From positions 29,574,001-29,638,000 of the forward strand of contig NC_043000.1 of assembly GCF_006345805.1 (NCBI RefSeq): a DNA stretch of 64,000 nt, read 5' to 3'. Made by a program: the position numbers and the translations under genes. Under the pieces are notes generated by a model that saw only the letters and a program-made list of their open reading frames with translations, searched no databases and was not told the DNA's origin. The stretch is from Octopus sinensis (Eukaryota). Position 1 is the stretch's first letter. The number at the start of each line of letters is the position of its first letter. Below are positions 10,681-24,782 of this stretch, piece after piece.

Positions 10681-11137
10681 GGAGCCTCTCTCGACAACAA
10701 GACAAACAAAAATTTCGATGACTGCCTACATGGTAAACAAAACGATAATGAGTGTTTTTAAAAAAAAAACGTTAGAAGAATTGACGTCAATGATAAATAG
10801 TAGGAAGAGAAGGGTTAAAGGAATAATAGGTAGGGAACAAGTGGAGAGGGAAGGGTACGTTGATTGAAAGGATGTGCGAAGGCTTAGGAAAGAAATTTGG
10901 TATTGAAGTGGGGTGGACGTAAAGCTAATTGTTCAAACCACAGTGACTATCGTTATCATTTATATGAGTAGAAAGTATGTTTCTGCCAGTGTTTACATTT
11001 GTATGATTTTTCTATGAGTGTGTTTACAAGGGGAACCTTAGAGAAGAGAATATGAAAGAGTTCAGAGTTGCAAATGCTACAAAATCTCCTGCCCTTATCA
11101 AAATATATATATGTATGTATATATGCATGTATGTATG

Positions 11138-11171
<34 letters not shown>

Positions 11172-11679
11172 TGTATGTATGCATAACTGTGTGTGTATAC
11201 ATAATAGGCAGATACAAAGATAAATTATGAGAGCGTGTGATTGAGACAGCGTGAGATAGAGAGAGAGAGAGAGAGGGAGTAGGAGAGGAGAGAGAGAGTG
11301 AGAGAGAGATAGACAAAGAGAGAGAAAGGGATATGTTCCATCTGCAGTAGACTAAATGGTTTTGACAGTTTTGTTTTATCGCATGTTCCGACTCCATCAC
11401 AACTGCGAAAGTAAAGATGGCAAAGCCGCCATTAACAATTGTGTAGGCGTCCATATCAGTAGAAATCTATGGACGGTCGTTTGTCCATGCTTGTGATGAG
11501 ACTGTGTAGTGTTGAGTGTAATTTGTTTGGTGACCCTCATGCTGTGCTAAACCTAATTGATTATTAGAGAGGCCGTTCCACTTTACGCGGAAGAGGAAGC
11601 AAGCTATACGATATGGCTTGACAAATTACTGGAAATTCAAGCAAATCATTGAGTGCGTGTATGAATACATGTATATATG

Positions 11680-11713
<34 letters not shown>

Positions 11714-11893
11714 TGTATGTATGTATGTATGTATGTATTATGTATGTATGTATGTATGTATGTATATGAGTCTGTGTGTGTGTTTATATGTGTATAAGTA
11801 AGTTTGTGGTATGAATATGTTCATGATTGTATGTACAGTGAATCGAAGCTTGCATTCGTATCTACATAAATAAGTATACATAACTGTAAATAT

Positions 11894-13065
<1,172 letters not shown>

Positions 13066-13462
13066 GAGAATATGTGTGTATGTGTGTGTGTTTGTGGATA
13101 TGTATGCATGCATATGTATACATATAATTATACATATGTACACACACACATAGGTACATGAAACACAAAGACGTAAGCACACACATACACATCCGTACGG
13201 TACCACTTGTTCGCACAGGCACATATTGTCATACTAATATGCAGTTGTATGTGTACGTGTGTTTGTTTATTTGACTGCATGCAGAGTCGTAGCTCTTTCA
13301 GTCTCTCAGCTTTTCCATGCATGCAATCCTACCTAAAGTTCCACTATTAACCCATTCATGCCGATCGTCCATTTAAACTGACACTTAATTTATAAGGGGT
13401 ATAAAACAAATACTTGATACAAATTGTGATTTGTGTGTGATCTGTATCAAAGAATGAAACAC

Positions 13463-13557
13463 CGCGAGCTGGCAGAAACGTTAGCACGCCGGGTGAAGCG
13501 CTTAGCGGCATTTCGTTGTCTTTACCTTCTAAGTTCAAATTCCGCCGAGGTCGACTT
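13463..13557 (+). mobile_element. SINE A head only
   Basis: GCGAGCTGGCAGAAACGTTAGCACGCCGG...GTTCAAATTCCGCCGAGGTCGAC. Confidence 0.8.
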
Positions 13558-13954
13558 TTAGAAAAGAAGATATGAAACATGTTCTTAACACGTATGCAAT
13601 CTGTATCAAACGGAATTCAATGCTTATTCAGTTGTTATTTAGGTCAAAATGATAGTATCCATGAAATTTCATTAGAAACATTTCGACCCTGTGGAGTGAC
13701 CACAGTTGAGAGCAGCAATCCAGACAGCTGAGGTCAAATGACCTTCCACCATAGAAATTGTATATTTTCCTGGTCCTTTGTTCTCAAAGTTTTAAGAATC
13801 CATTCGGCCATTCGCCTGCACGTTGTTATGCACATGAATCGAGGCGTTGTTGCACATATCAGTCCTCAGTTCACACACTATACCTGACTCTGGGTTTGCT
13901 GTTACTTTTGATTTAAAGTATTGTTGTTACCTTACATCAACATCAGAGCGTGAC

Positions 13955-14087
13955 TGGTACTTATAGAATACGAAATGGCAAAAAGAAAAGTTGACTTCGG
14001 CAGGCTTTTAACTCAGGAAGTAAAAAGCCGGAAGAAATACCGCTAAGCATTTTGTCCGATACACAACGATCCTGTCAGATCGCCGAC
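13955..14087 (-). mobile_element. Degraded SINE A
   Basis: AAATACCGCTAAGCATTT and AACTCAG motifs in reverse orientation. Confidence 0.55.
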
Positions 14088-15375
14088 TTGTATGCGCGTG
14101 TGTGCACGCATGTGTATATTTTGTGTGTGTGTGTGTGTGTGTACATAAGTAATACGGATTCGAAGAATCGAGCCGATCTCTCATAAAGGTCATCGCCAAT
14201 TGCAAGGCTGACAAGAAAACAAGAATGACCGAGGTTGAGTTTGGGGTAAACTTCGCGTCCCAGATACCTTGCGAATTTTATCAAGTATAAAAGTATCCCA
14301 AAGTACTATCGGTTACGATCGCTTAAAAAGACAATTTAGTTACTCTCAAATAAAAGGGGAAATAAATCGAAATAAATTAAATTGATCTTAATTTAATTTA
14401 TTTAAAGAGATTGAAACCGGTAGCATATGTTGATGAAAATAAAAAAGCAATACTTTTATTCATGATAAAGTTCTCAACGTCCTTGCTTTTCGTTTTTGTG
14501 TATATTTGCTGGTGGGAGACATCATAACCTTTCGAAATAACGTACATGCATGCATACATGTGTGTGTGTGTTTATGTGCGCGGACACATAACCTTTTAGT
14601 CAAAAGGAGAGCACCATTTGGTGGAAGAGATCCATACGTATTGTAACCGTGAAAGGAAAAATATATAAAGTTTCTCACACTTGACCTTCGTTTTTGAGAG
14701 AAAGAAAGAAAAAATACGCTGTTCCTCCGCCAAAGAACCTCTAGATTTTCGTATCATTTATCTGATTCACTCGAATCTCAAATGGCACAAATGTCAAATT
14801 TTCCACTCCATATAACAGCCGAAATATTAATCAACTTTACCACAAACTCACGAATGCAACAATTATTGTGACGCAGATCATTCTTTAGCTTCCATATTTC
14901 AATTGAGCATAAACAGACCTCTGCTATGCAGTATAAATCTATTACCGATACATATTTGTGCCGGGATACGTAGAATAAATACAGTATTCAGCAGATTGAA
15001 TATCACGAAATATTTACAGTGGATTTATAGACTTTGACCAATAATCTCGCAGACTAATATTTTTCAAATCGATTTTGGCTTTTTCCAAACAAAGCTAAAC
15101 TGAAAACGGCTGAAAATGACAGATTTCAGCAATAAATTTCACACATCCGATAAAGATATTTTTAAGTAAGCGGTAAAGTGACAATATATTCAATTCTTAT
15201 GAACATTGTTGTCAAATAAAAAAAAAATGGCTAAGTGCACAACACGTGGTGTAGGATATAGAATTATATTTTAGGTTTGTTAAAATATGTTTGTGAGATA
15301 TTTTAATATTTAAAGGCAAATTCACTGAAGTTACCGTGAAGAAAAGAATTCTTTCTTATTGTAGGTGTAGAAACG

Positions 15376-15588
15376 GGCGGTGAGGTGGCAGAAGCGTTAG
15401 CACGCCGGGCGAAATCCTTACTGTTATTTCGTCTGCCGTTTACGTTCTGAGTTCAAATTCCGCCGAGGTCGACTTTGTCTTTCATCCATTCGGGATCAAT
15501 AAATCAAGTACCAGTTGCGTACTGGGGTCGATCTAGTCGACTGGCACCCTCATCAAAAATTTCGGGCCTTGCGCCTAGAATAGAAAAG
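15376..15588 (+). mobile_element. SINE A2 (family A head with alternative 3' tail)
   Basis: Family A head followed by AAAATTTCGGGCCTTGCGCCTAGAATAGAAAAG. Confidence 0.85.
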
Positions 15589-15714
15589 AAGGTGTGAAAA
15601 CACCATATCTACCCAATGCTCCCTTCTTGCAAATTCCTATACGCACGAATCTGGCTCTTTAGCGTTCCTCCCGCTAGAGGTCAGCACTGGGCAGCTATGG
15701 TGTTTTTACACCTT
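15589..15714. mobile_element. 126-bp hairpin/MITE-like element with 32-bp inverted repeats
   Basis: AAGGTGTGAAAACACCATATCTACCCAATGCT (15589-15620) vs the reverse complement of 15683-15714: 4 mismatches. Confidence 0.7.
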
Positions 15715-15997
15715 TTACCGGAACTGCAGTGAATTTACCTTTAGAAGTTAAAATGTGTAAGAAACATATTTTATCTAACTTATCGTTCGTTTAATGTTCA
15801 GCATTGCTTGATGCTAATGCTAGAAGAAGGCGTTTCGCGTTGTCTTGTCTTTCACGTTTACTTGGTATCGTTTGAAAGGAAAATATAAATCATGGCAAAT
15901 AGACAGTCAAACACACACATATATACATACACACATGCGTGCATATACACATATATGCACACATACTACATACACGTCTTTTATATTTCATCTTTTA

Positions 15998-16229
15998 AGG
16001 CGGCGAGCTGGCAGAAACGTTAGCACGTCGGGCGAAATGCTTCGCGGTATTTCGTCTGCTATTACGTTGTGAGTTCAAATTCCGACGAGGTCGACTATGC
16101 CTTTCATCCTTTCGGGGTCGATAAATTAAGTATCAGTTACGCACTGGGATCAATGTAATCGACCTAATCCGTTTGTCTGTTCTTGTTTGTTCCCTCTGTG
16201 TTTAGCCCCTTGTAGGTAGTAAAGAAATA
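15998..16229 (+). mobile_element. Full-length SINE A with 16-bp TSD
   Basis: TSD TATATTTCATCTTTTA at 15982-15997 and 16230-16245. Confidence 0.9.
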
Positions 16230-16591
16230 TATATTTCATCTTTTACTTGTTTCAGTCATTGGACTGCGGCTATCCTCGGGTACCGCCTTTAAGGTTTTAG
16301 TCAAGCGTGAGTCTTTAGAGCGGGAAAGATAAAACATCGTATCCATATAGTCTAGGCTCGCTATACTTTGTAAGAATAGGCTGTCTGATTACAATTTTGT
16401 GGCCACGGGGTTCATGTATATTTTCGAACAAGGAACATCGTGCAGCAGAATGTATAAAGAAATCACAGTTCAACTTATAACTCGATGGAGATTGAAATGA
16501 AGCGATGCCGTGAGTTTGTTGTTCAATATCCGCCATATTGGGAAGACATTTCTGGAAGTAAAGAATAAATTTTATGTGGTGTTCGCTACAC

Positions 16592-16759
16592 CTTTCATAT
16601 TTTACTTGCTTTAGTCATTGGATTGCAGCTGTTGTGTGTCACCACCTTAAAAGGTTTAGTTGGACAAATTAATGCTTAAATCTGGTACATATACTATCGG
16701 TATCTTATGCCGAATCAATAATTACGGGAACGTAAACACACCAACACCGGTTGTCAAGC
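16592..16759 (-). mobile_element. SINE B tail
   Basis: GTAAACACACCAACACCGGTTGTCAAGC in reverse orientation. Confidence 0.7.
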
Positions 16760-16822
16760 ATGTTATGTATGTTGCAGAAGTTCGTGTGTGATGCATTAGA
16801 TAATTATATTAAATTTAATCCC

Positions 16823-16870
<48 letters not shown>

Positions 16871-17015
16871 TAATAAGGGTGAGAGAATTAGATACTAATT
16901 TAATAGTATATCTATCAACACCAAGTGGCCCAGTGCCCCGAAAACCTGGATTATTATAATTTTTATATATATTATAATATTTTATATACAAAAATAAATA
17001 TAGAGAGTGGTCACT

Positions 17016-17211
17016 ATGTGGCTCACTCTAGCACTAGTAAATCCAAAAGGTTCAACCACAAAAATACATGTTTCCCATGAAAGTCAGTACGATTGTTAGC
17101 TCACACGAACAGGGCAAATAAAAAATAACAAAATACAGATTATTTTGGGACAATTGTTTCGCTATTAATGAATTAATGTAATTTTATACTCTTACTAGTG
17201 CTAGAGTGAGC

Positions 17212-17216
<5 letters not shown>
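17016..17216. mobile_element. 201-bp segment bounded by a perfect 25-bp inverted repeat
   Basis: ATGTGGCTCACTCTAGCACTAGTAA at 17016-17040 and its exact reverse complement at 17192-17216. Confidence 0.8.
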
Positions 17217-17268
<52 letters not shown>

Positions 17269-17269
<1 letters not shown>

Positions 17270-17669
17270 TCTTTTACTCATTATTTCTTTCAGTCATTTG
17301 ACTGCGGCCATGCACCGCCTTTAGTCGAAGAAATCGACCATAGGACTTATTCTTTGTAAGCCTAGTACTTTAGTACTTATCTTATCGATCTCTTTTGCAG
17401 AACCGCAAAGTTACGGTGACGTAAAGACACCAGCATCGGTTGTCAAGTGATGGTGGGGGTACAAACACAGACGTACTCACACACACACAAGCACCCCGCC
17501 CCCCACATATTTATACGACGGGTTTCTTTCAATTTCCGTCTACCAGATTCACTCACAGGCTTCAGTCGCTATAGTAGAAGACACGTGCCCAAGGTGCCGC
17601 ACAGAGGGACTGTACCCTGAACCATGTGGTTGGTAATAAGATACTTACCACACAGCCTCTCCTGCGCCT
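17269..17669 (-). mobile_element. Full-length SINE B
   Basis: Head, CA/TA linker and tail all present on the minus strand. Confidence 0.9.
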
Positions 17670-17692
17670 ATATATATATATACATATTATAT

Positions 17693-17751
<59 letters not shown>

Positions 17752-17804
17752 CGGTGTGTGTGTGCGTGTATAAATTTATATTTACAGTATATGTATATAC
17801 ATGT

Positions 17805-17849
<45 letters not shown>

Positions 17850-18205
17850 ACATACATACATACATACAAACACACATGCACACATGCACAGACACATACA
17901 CACACACACACAAACACACACACGCACACATAAATATTTAGATACAGAGTAAAACCCGCATAAATATTTGTTAAAATAAATCTCTTACGTTCACTAAGTG
18001 ATTTCCAAGTTGACAAACCCTAAAGAAAAACAAAATTATAATAATAAGCAAATCAATTGTATTTCCATCCTTTAAATATAATTATTTTATAGGTTCACGA
18101 TATTTGAAAGGGATTAAATTTAATATAATTATCTAATGCATCACCCACGAACTTCTGCAACATACATAACATAGCGCACATGTATGCACGCAACGAAGAG
18201 TATAT

Positions 18206-18296
<91 letters not shown>

Positions 18297-18308
18297 CACA
18301 CACATATA

Positions 18309-18448
18309 GGCGCAGGTGTGGCTGTGTGGCAAGTAGCCTGCTTACTAGCAACATGGCATGTTTTGGGCAAATGTCTTGTGCTATACCTTCGGGCCGACCA
18401 AATACTTGTGAGTGGATTTAGTAGCCGGAAAGTGGAAGAAGCCCGTCG

Positions 18449-18483
<35 letters not shown>

Positions 18484-18680
18484 TATATGTGTGTGTGTAT
18501 GTATATATATGGATATGTATGTGTGTGTATATATGTGTATGTCTGTTTGTCCCTCCAACATCGCTTGACAACCGATGCTGGTGTGTTTACGTCCCCCCGT
18601 AACATAGCGGTTTGGTAAAAGAGACCGATAAATTAACTACTAGCGGTGCTCCAGCGTGTCCACAGTCAACTGACTGAATC
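18309..18680 (+). mobile_element. Near full-length SINE B
   Basis: GGCGCAGGTGTGGCTGTGTGG head, TA/TG linker, tail with an internal deletion. Confidence 0.85.
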
Positions 18681-19431
18681 AATTTAACATACTTCAATAT
18701 ATCAATATTTTTCAATATTGAAATGACTTATATATATATATATATATATATACTAATATATATATATAATATTATGTATATATATATATAATATGTATAT
18801 ATATATATATGTATATATATGTACATATATATATATCTATTAGATATGCATATATGGTATAGGACGTCACAAAACGTAAACAACATGTAATACAAAAATA
18901 AAGTAGGGTACGCAAACAAAGAGAGAAACAAATGGACAACAAGACAAGTAACAAAAAACGACCTTTCTTCGGTTGTCGACTGTCCTCATTTCGAGCATTG
19001 AAGGACAATATAAGATTTTGAAGGCAGTTGGTCCCGCGTATATGGGATTTGCGGAGGGTCAAAGTTGGTAACAAACACAGGACAGTGGGAACATACAAGG
19101 AAACCGAACGAAAACAAACATGGAATGTCGATAGACCAGACGAGGTAAAGGAGTGAACGCCGGAGAAATATTATCTTTGACAAGATAAAAAATAGAAGAG
19201 GAGAGAGATAGGTATACGTGCAGTCTGTACGAGAACATTGAAGGAAATGAAAGATGGTCAGGTGAGGAAAAGAAAGATGGGCGATGGTCACGTGTGAACA
19301 AGAGGGAGTGAAGGAGGAAGAAGGGGAAAAAGGGATAGAAATCGGAGAAGGGAAGAAAGGCAGAATTAGAGAAAGGATGAGAGAGAAAAAGAAAGGGGGT
19401 GAGAGTGAGAAGAGTAAAGGGCATGCATATC

Positions 19432-19519
<88 letters not shown>

Positions 19520-19763
19520 TATAATGTACATATATGTATGTATAAAGTGGATATATATGATATATATATTTTTATATTATTTGTTGAAAGCCACGATCAT
19601 TTTCCAAGTAAGTTTATCTATCTATCTATCTATCTCTATATATGTGTGTATATATATGTACCTTTTGCATTGACTACATATATTTATATATGTGTATATG
19701 TCTGAATATTTATGTATATATGCAATGTACATATGTATATAAGTATATATGTATATATGTATG

Positions 19764-19863
<100 letters not shown>

Positions 19864-20014
19864 TATATATATCTTAAAGTATTTCTGGTTTAGACTGCGG
19901 TCATATGGAACACCACCGTTGGTAGTGCTACACACACTAACACACACGCATACATCAGTAGCCACTGACAAGTCTTTAGTCGCTGGGAGCTATACTTAAA
20001 GGCATCTGCCCAAG

Positions 20015-20086
<72 letters not shown>

Positions 20087-20090
<4 letters not shown>

Positions 20091-20678
20091 GCTGAGTAAA
20101 AGGTAAGCAACATTTTGAAACCAGGAAATTCATCATAATATATTTCAACAATGCGGAATTTTATTCATGAAAGTAAGTACCATTAAAATCAAAACATTTT
20201 TGCCAACGAATCATAAGTTTGTTTATTCCGGTAACATAAACATTTGGAGTTCTGAAGCTGATGAACTCTTTGAAAACACTTTCAGCATCGGTTTCATGTT
20301 TGATCTCCTCTCGCAGGAAACAATCAAGGTGCTTGAAAAAGTGGTAGTCGGTACGAGAAAGGTCTGGAGCGTCCTTAGTGAAACCAGAGGTCGAGCTTTG
20401 TCATGAAGAATGATTGTCCCTCTTCTGTTGGGACGGAGGAGTATCAGGTTTCCGTTCATTTTGGCTATTTCATGGCAATATTTCTGCAGTAATGATTTTT
20501 CCCCGCGTTTTAAGAAGTTATAGTGGATGGGTCCAGCAGTATACCACCAAACAGTCGCCATAACCTATTTGAAGAGCTCGGGTTTAGGAAAAGTTTTCGG
20601 TGCTTCATTTTGGTTCAACCATTGCAAACAACGTTTTTATTACTCTACAGAATCCACTTTTCATCGCAAGTTACTTAC
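20087..20678 (-). mobile_element. Mariner transposon 3' half (DD34D transposase pseudogene plus one TIR), Hsmar1/cecropia-like
   Basis: Frameshifted motifs VTCDEKWIL, VMATVWW..AGPIHY.FL, LHDKARP, PTDYHFFKHLD, L..RWQKC...NGTYF; the TIR TCAGGCTGAGTAAAAGGTAA lies next to TA. Confidence 0.85.
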
Positions 20679-20679
20679 A

Positions 20680-20905
20680 GAGAATAAGTCAAGTGGTGGA
20701 TTTGCTTGGTTAAATGCAGTGCTCCAGCATGGTCGCAGTCAAATGACTGAAACAAGAAAAATATTTTAAATATTAACGGTTCAGCAAAAGAGGCCGATAT
20801 AACAAGTTCTAGGGTAACAAAGAATAAGTGCTGGGGTCGATTTGTTCGACTAAAGGGAGTGCTCCAGCATGGCCGCAGTTAAATGACCGAAACAAGTAAA
20901 AGAAT
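20680..20905 (+). mobile_element. Two tandem SINE B tail fragments
   Basis: GTGCTCCAGCATGG.CGCAGT.AAATGAC.GAAACAAG occurs twice. Confidence 0.75.
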
Positions 20906-20931
20906 ATATGTGTGTGTGTATATCTGTGCAT

Positions 20932-20965
<34 letters not shown>

Positions 20966-21114
20966 TTACACACAGACACACACGCAACGCACACACAGAC
21001 ACACACACACACATACATTTATATAAATAAGGATAAGATCGTTATTTTAAATACCGATCATATCAAGTGGCCAGCATGGGAATAAAATCTCATAGGAAAT
21101 AATTGTTACTAAAA

Positions 21115-21343
21115 TTATAATTAAGGGTATCTAAAAGATACTACCATACTAGAGAGAGCAGTCAAAACTTGACTGTCTATAAATTTATATATTTGCTTCG
21201 TCAATTATTTTCACTGCAGTGGTATTATGACCATATATCACGTAGTGTTTAGACGACAATTAAACCGGTCGTGTGCATACGTACATATCTATGTGTGTAT
21301 ACGTGCCTATATGTAAGTATTAGTATGTTGCATATATATATAT

Positions 21344-21386
<43 letters not shown>

Positions 21387-21405
21387 GTATGTTGTGTGTG
21401 TGTGT

Positions 21406-21441
<36 letters not shown>

Positions 21442-21660
21442 CGTGTGATTATGTACTTGCTGTGTGTATCCCACTGAAGAGGCAGAGTATATTGTTGCAA
21501 AGCCAGAATTTAGATATGGGATTATCCAATAATTTGTCGCTAGTATATTTGTCTATTTGTCTTTTCCCCTGGTGCTGTATGAATACATGATGTGGTTTTA
21601 GAGTCAAGTTTTGACTGCTATCTCTAGCATGGTGGTATCTTTTAATACCCTTAATTATAA
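21115..21660. mobile_element. Inverted ~60-bp arms (21115-21174 / 21602-21660) enclosing a hammerhead-like motif
   Basis: TTATAATTAAGGGTAT...GCAGTCAAAACTTGACT is mirrored at 21602-21660; the right arm joins (TA)n. Confidence 0.7.
21468..21522 (+). ncRNA. Hammerhead-like motif with one core A missing
   Basis: Stem I ATCCCA/TGGGAT (6 bp); CTGAAGA 21474-21480; stem II GGC/GCC; AGAA; near-palindromic ATTTAGAT followed by A. Confidence 0.5.
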
Positions 21661-21686
21661 TATATATATATATATATATATGTACT

Positions 21687-21717
<31 letters not shown>

Positions 21718-22768
21718 CACACACATATATATATATATATATATACACACTTGTATATGTATGAATAAATATATACATGTATATATGTAGCAGAAATTTA
21801 TCTTAGATACAATAAAATATTTTCTCTTAATATAATTTTAAATTGTGTAAAATGTCATAGCGAATTCATTTTCATTTTATCTCCTTCGTATCTCGTATAA
21901 ACCATAATAAAACCATTTAGATATAATTCGCACAAGAAATGCAAATACTGCTCAGATGTGAGTGTTAATATTCGTATAATTAGCTTTGGTTGCATTCTAA
22001 TTAAATAGGAATTAAATGATTTTATCGTATTTTACCTTTACTTAATTCTCTCATTTCAACGTGAACTTCATTCGTGTCCATATTGTGTATTATCGTAAGA
22101 TCTTCTCTGTGGTGAGAAAGAAAGATATTAAGATTATTCTGCGATAGCTTATTGGTTTCATTGTTGAGACTATATCTTCTATATGAATCAGTTAACTTGT
22201 TCAATCACTTCCAGTTATCGCATCATCAAAGTTCAACAGGAACAAAGGTCCTTTATATTCTAAATAATCTAAATAACGGATGTGTGCGTATATGAGTATG
22301 CATTGTATATGAATATATATGCTTATACCACACTGCCTATGACAATATATATTATATATAACAATATTTGTTTAAGTACTGTATAGACATGCACAAAGTA
22401 CATATAGAGTTTTAGGTATTTTATTATTACGCGTATATACTTTCACATACAAGCACACACCCATATGTACTGACACGTGTAGACATACAGTCATACATCG
22501 ATATATGCGTGTGTGTGTGCTTGTGTGTATTCTAGAGTATTAAGTTCAAAGAAGCTATATCGGGTCACATAGAATAAAGAATTTAAAGTTAAGTCTGAGA
22601 CAGAATAAACATTTTATCAATAAGCATTAGTCCGACAAAATATGTTTTGCTTCGTCTATGGTTCTTGGGGGGTACTAAAGCTTTAGTACACGGCCTGACA
22701 GCATTGTGTGACACCAGAGATTTGCTAATCACTGTCTAATCATGCGGTGATAGAGGACGTTTCCTCTC

Positions 22769-23238
22769 GATGACGCGCAAATATGCAGAAATCCCGCATC
22801 TAGCAATTCCACCGTCGCTACTGGATGCTTTTCCACTGCTACTAATACTGCACTTTTTAGCACTATAAGTGTATACGAGATGTTTTCTCAATATGAAACC
22901 CTGTGATGTGGCTTTCATACAATATGTCCACAGTAAGTAGAATAAACAAATTACTATTCTGAACTAATAATGCTTCCATCGCTAATAACGAATTATTATT
23001 TCAGCCCATCAATTATTGCGATGCCAGTAACATGTCAGTCACTGCTTTTCTATATGGGTAGAGACGAGCTCCGTCTAAGCTTGGGACGATGGTGGACATC
23101 TGCCACCGATGACGCGCAAATATGCAGAAATCTCAGATATAGCACTTTCACTGTCGCTGCTGGGCGCTTTTCATCTGCTTCTGATTCTTCTGCTCTTTTT
23201 AGCACGATACGTTTACACAAGGTGCTTTCTCAAAACGA
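22769..23238 (+). repeat. Diverged ~130-bp direct duplication (22769-22895 / 23108-23238)
   Basis: Both start GATGACGCGCAAATATGCAGAAATC and share GTCGCT.CTGG and TTTTTAGCAC.ATA. Confidence 0.75.
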
Positions 23239-23246
23239 TTACCGCA

Positions 23247-23450
23247 ATGTACATTATTTACATTTTTTACATAGAAAAATACCTTAGGAATGAGAACCCA
23301 GGTTCGAAATTTCCCCAAGACACCCGATGAAGGCTGGATGGTATATCAGCCGAAACGTTGTATTATCAACAAACAAGATGAGGACACATATCCGTCAAAT
23401 GTAAATAATGTAAATAATGTACATAATTCCTCACCTCTTAAATTTAGAAC
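23247..23450 (+). mobile_element. H1 tail copy with a 26-bp inverted duplication of its own 3' region at the 5' end
   Basis: Tail matches 2640-2810; the HHR core is mutated to CCGATGA at 23324-23330; 23247-23272 is the reverse complement of 23399-23424 with 1 mismatch. Confidence 0.8.
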
Positions 23451-24223
23451 CGAATACAGCAATCTTGACTTTCCTGCAGTATATCCAAGATGAGATATAC
23501 AGTTTCTGAACTAATACTGCTTTCGTCGCTCATTTAGTACATGTCGAGTCGCCTAGCAAAAGGATCCAATGTTCATCATATATTTAAGTATCAGCCGGAG
23601 TAACTCAAAGTAGACAGGATTAGGATCACCAAAGAAGATAACAAAAATAATTGGCATTTATTGATGTTTAATCTTGGGCGACGCGTGTGTGTAGGGACAG
23701 GGTGGAGGACAGAAAATAAAGCAGAAATAGGGACTAGAAAAGACACAATTGATATAAAGAGACCCCAGAAATTAAGTAGACGGAAGTTTAGAAGGGTGCA
23801 ATATGTAATTATGTAAGTAAATGTAATTTTCGGGATCAAACGGGTAAAATGGTGCCTATACCTACATAAACGCAAATATATATGCGCACACAGTTACACA
23901 CGCATAAAAAAACGTATACAAATACACATACATGCACTTACGCCTACACGTATATTCATTACTGCGATATTCAGAAGAAATGTTAATGAAAGAAAATACG
24001 AATTTCCTGTGAATTAAATTAACTCTAATATGTGTACACACACACCCAGTAACACCGTTGGTTTCTATATTAAGCTTGTAGTGTATGATTAATTTAAGAA
24101 GGAACTAATCTAAAAATAGTTTGTGGCTTCTGGCGAATGACATATATCCGAAACGTCGACTTGCACAACCCACAATTACAAAGAAGTGAATTGAAACACA
24201 CGCACACATGAAAAACACACACA

Positions 24224-24287
<64 letters not shown>

Positions 24288-24302
24288 GTATTCCGCGTGT
24301 AT

Positions 24303-24491
24303 AGTTGGCGGATTTTCTTTCTCCGTCTTCCCTTCCATGGACCTTTCCTTTTTCCTTTTTCTGTTTCTGACGAAGAGCTCAGCTTGAAACGTTAGTCGCC
24401 CTTCTTTCTTTCCTTTCCTGGGCGTTCAATAGCACTATTCTAGTTCCACGTCCTCGCGTTGTTGTTTTTCTCTTTGTCATATTGGGCTAAC
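24303..24491 (+). mobile_element. Element H2, second copy with hammerhead core
   Basis: GTTTCTGACGAAGAGCTCAGCTTGAAACGTTAG at 24363-24395. Confidence 0.7.
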
Positions 24492-24523
24492 TACACACAC
24501 ACACACACACAACAACACACCAC

Positions 24524-24561
<38 letters not shown>

Positions 24562-24565
24562 TACA

Positions 24566-24600
<35 letters not shown>

Positions 24601-24782
24601 GTATTGGGGTCGATTTATTCTGTTAAAAACTGTGCTCCAGCATGGCCGCAGTCAAATGACTGAAACAAATAAAAGAATAAAAGAATATATTAATTCTCTA
24701 CGACGCTCTAACTTTTCCAAGCATATCATCGCTTTCCTGTTAAGAAAATGAGGGTGGAAGTTCTACTGGTCTCATTACTCAG

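Noticed and set aside
16315-16536. 73-aa minus-strand ORF, and the 118-aa ORF at 11098-11454
   Set aside because: No motif or splice support; the second runs into microsatellite.
20257-20278. CTGATGAACTCTTTGAAAAC as a hammerhead
   Set aside because: Antisense to the mariner coding sequence, with no valid stem II or III; a chance match.
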